Assembly: GCA_040954595.2 (NCBI GenBank)
Contig: CM082592.2
Span: 5,488,209 to 5,552,208 of the forward strand
Reading direction: 5' to 3'
Origin: Balanoglossus misakiensis
Taxonomy: Eukaryota > Animalia > Hemichordata
Length of the DNA: 64,000 nucleotides
Part shown: positions 63,090 through 64,000 of the stretch, one piece after another
How positions within the stretch are numbered: the stretch's first letter is position 1
Layout: each line of letters opens with the position of its first letter
Notes under the pieces: generated by a model
Seen by the model: only the letters and a program-made list of their open reading frames with translations
What the model was told of the DNA's origin: nothing
Databases searched by the model: none
Translations under genes and position numbers: made by a program

Positions 63090-63162
63090 ATGAATGGATA
63101 CAGTTGGCAAGGCAGATATAAAAGAGACCAAGCGGAGACGAAGGAAACAGATTCAGCAACAG
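63090..63162 (+). CDS. Possible first coding exon of an unidentified gene continuing off the right edge
   Basis: ATGs at 63090 and 63094 run open to a CAG|GTAGGG donor (MDTVGKADIKETKRRRRKQIQQQ or MNGYSWQGRYKRDQAETKETDSAT) downstream of the promoter-like region; no recognisable domain. Confidence 0.3.
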
Positions 63163-64000
63163 GTAGGGTACCTTCGATTCCAACTTCTCCCATTTTGACG
63201 TACTCTTCATGCGCGATCATAATTAAATATGCATTTCCAGCATACAATTTCAAGTATTTAGGCGCATGTTAAAGCTCTTAGCAGTTGCTGGCGAACTTTG
63301 ATAGGAGACATGGTAGATGATGTATCTTGCACTTAAAAACGTCGCCCAATTTTTAGGGGTGTGAAAAAGATTTGGCAGAGATGCTGGAAAATCCGCCGCG
63401 GTCCCCTTTTCCAGCCCCCAGGATATGAAATGGTTCATCCCTAACTTCTAACACGCGGAAAATGACCAAACAGTACGTAAATTTCTGACACAACACAAAA
63501 CAACATAACATAACACAAGACAACACAACACAACAGAGATGCGTTATATAGCGCAATTATTTTAAGAAAGAAAAGCGTTTAAAAACCCGCGAATACAATA
63601 TGGCTGATGCAGTTTCTTTTCAAACTTATTAATGATGCAAAACCTCTCATCAACCCATCCTTATTCGTTATATCTCCAGTGTGACACATATTTTAGTGCA
63701 CATTACAGGTCACTGACCAGAAACATAGATGTACAGTCCCCCCCCCCTCATCCGGCGGAGGGACAGATCTGATTGTGATAGTGGAGTCTTTCCATTTTTT
63801 CAATTATTAATTAAAAGTCGCAGTTGGTTGGGGGATTTTCTACAACCCTGTGACAATATTGTGAAACAGATGCCGCTACTAAGGAATTCGAATATCAGAT
63901 ATATTGTGTAATCTCAACGGGCTGTTGCATCTCTGAACCACTACATGTATTTTAACTCTCTGTGGCAGTACTGAACGTCCCTCCGGATTTTGTGTTAGTT

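Noticed and set aside
1-64000. CRISPR arrays, rRNA, tRNA or prokaryotic operon/defence systems
   Set aside because: The sequence is spliceosomal-intron eukaryotic DNA; no regular repeat-spacer arrays or structural RNA genes were seen.

Overview
Eukaryotic, intron-rich genomic DNA, probably from an invertebrate animal. An echinoderm, hemichordate or amphioxus-like deuterostome is an unverified inference from the vertebrate-like intron positions, duplicated GAL3ST genes and MITE types. Genes in order: (1) 5' half of a SEC14L2-like CRAL-TRIO gene (-), head-to-head with (2) a complete 10-exon ACADS gene (+); (3) alpha-carbonic anhydrase A (-, 8 exons, signal peptide, apparently secreted); (4, 5) two tandem galactose-3-O-sulfotransferase-like genes (+); (6) alpha-carbonic anhydrase B (-, 8 exons, signal peptide and GPI-like tail, altered active-site pocket); (7) tyrosylprotein sulfotransferase (TPST, +) with introns of about 14 kb and 19 kb; (8) a probable promoter and first exon of an unidentified gene near the window end. 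Several MITEs, some with clear TIRs and TSDs, lie in introns and intergenic DNA. The most notable observations are the CA/GAL3ST/GAL3ST/CA/TPST cluster, localized near-identical tracts between otherwise diverged paralogues (gene-conversion-like), the CA-B pocket substitutions, and perfect DR1 elements at two promoters. All exon models were assembled by eye from GT-AG sites and reading-frame continuity; no database searches were run.
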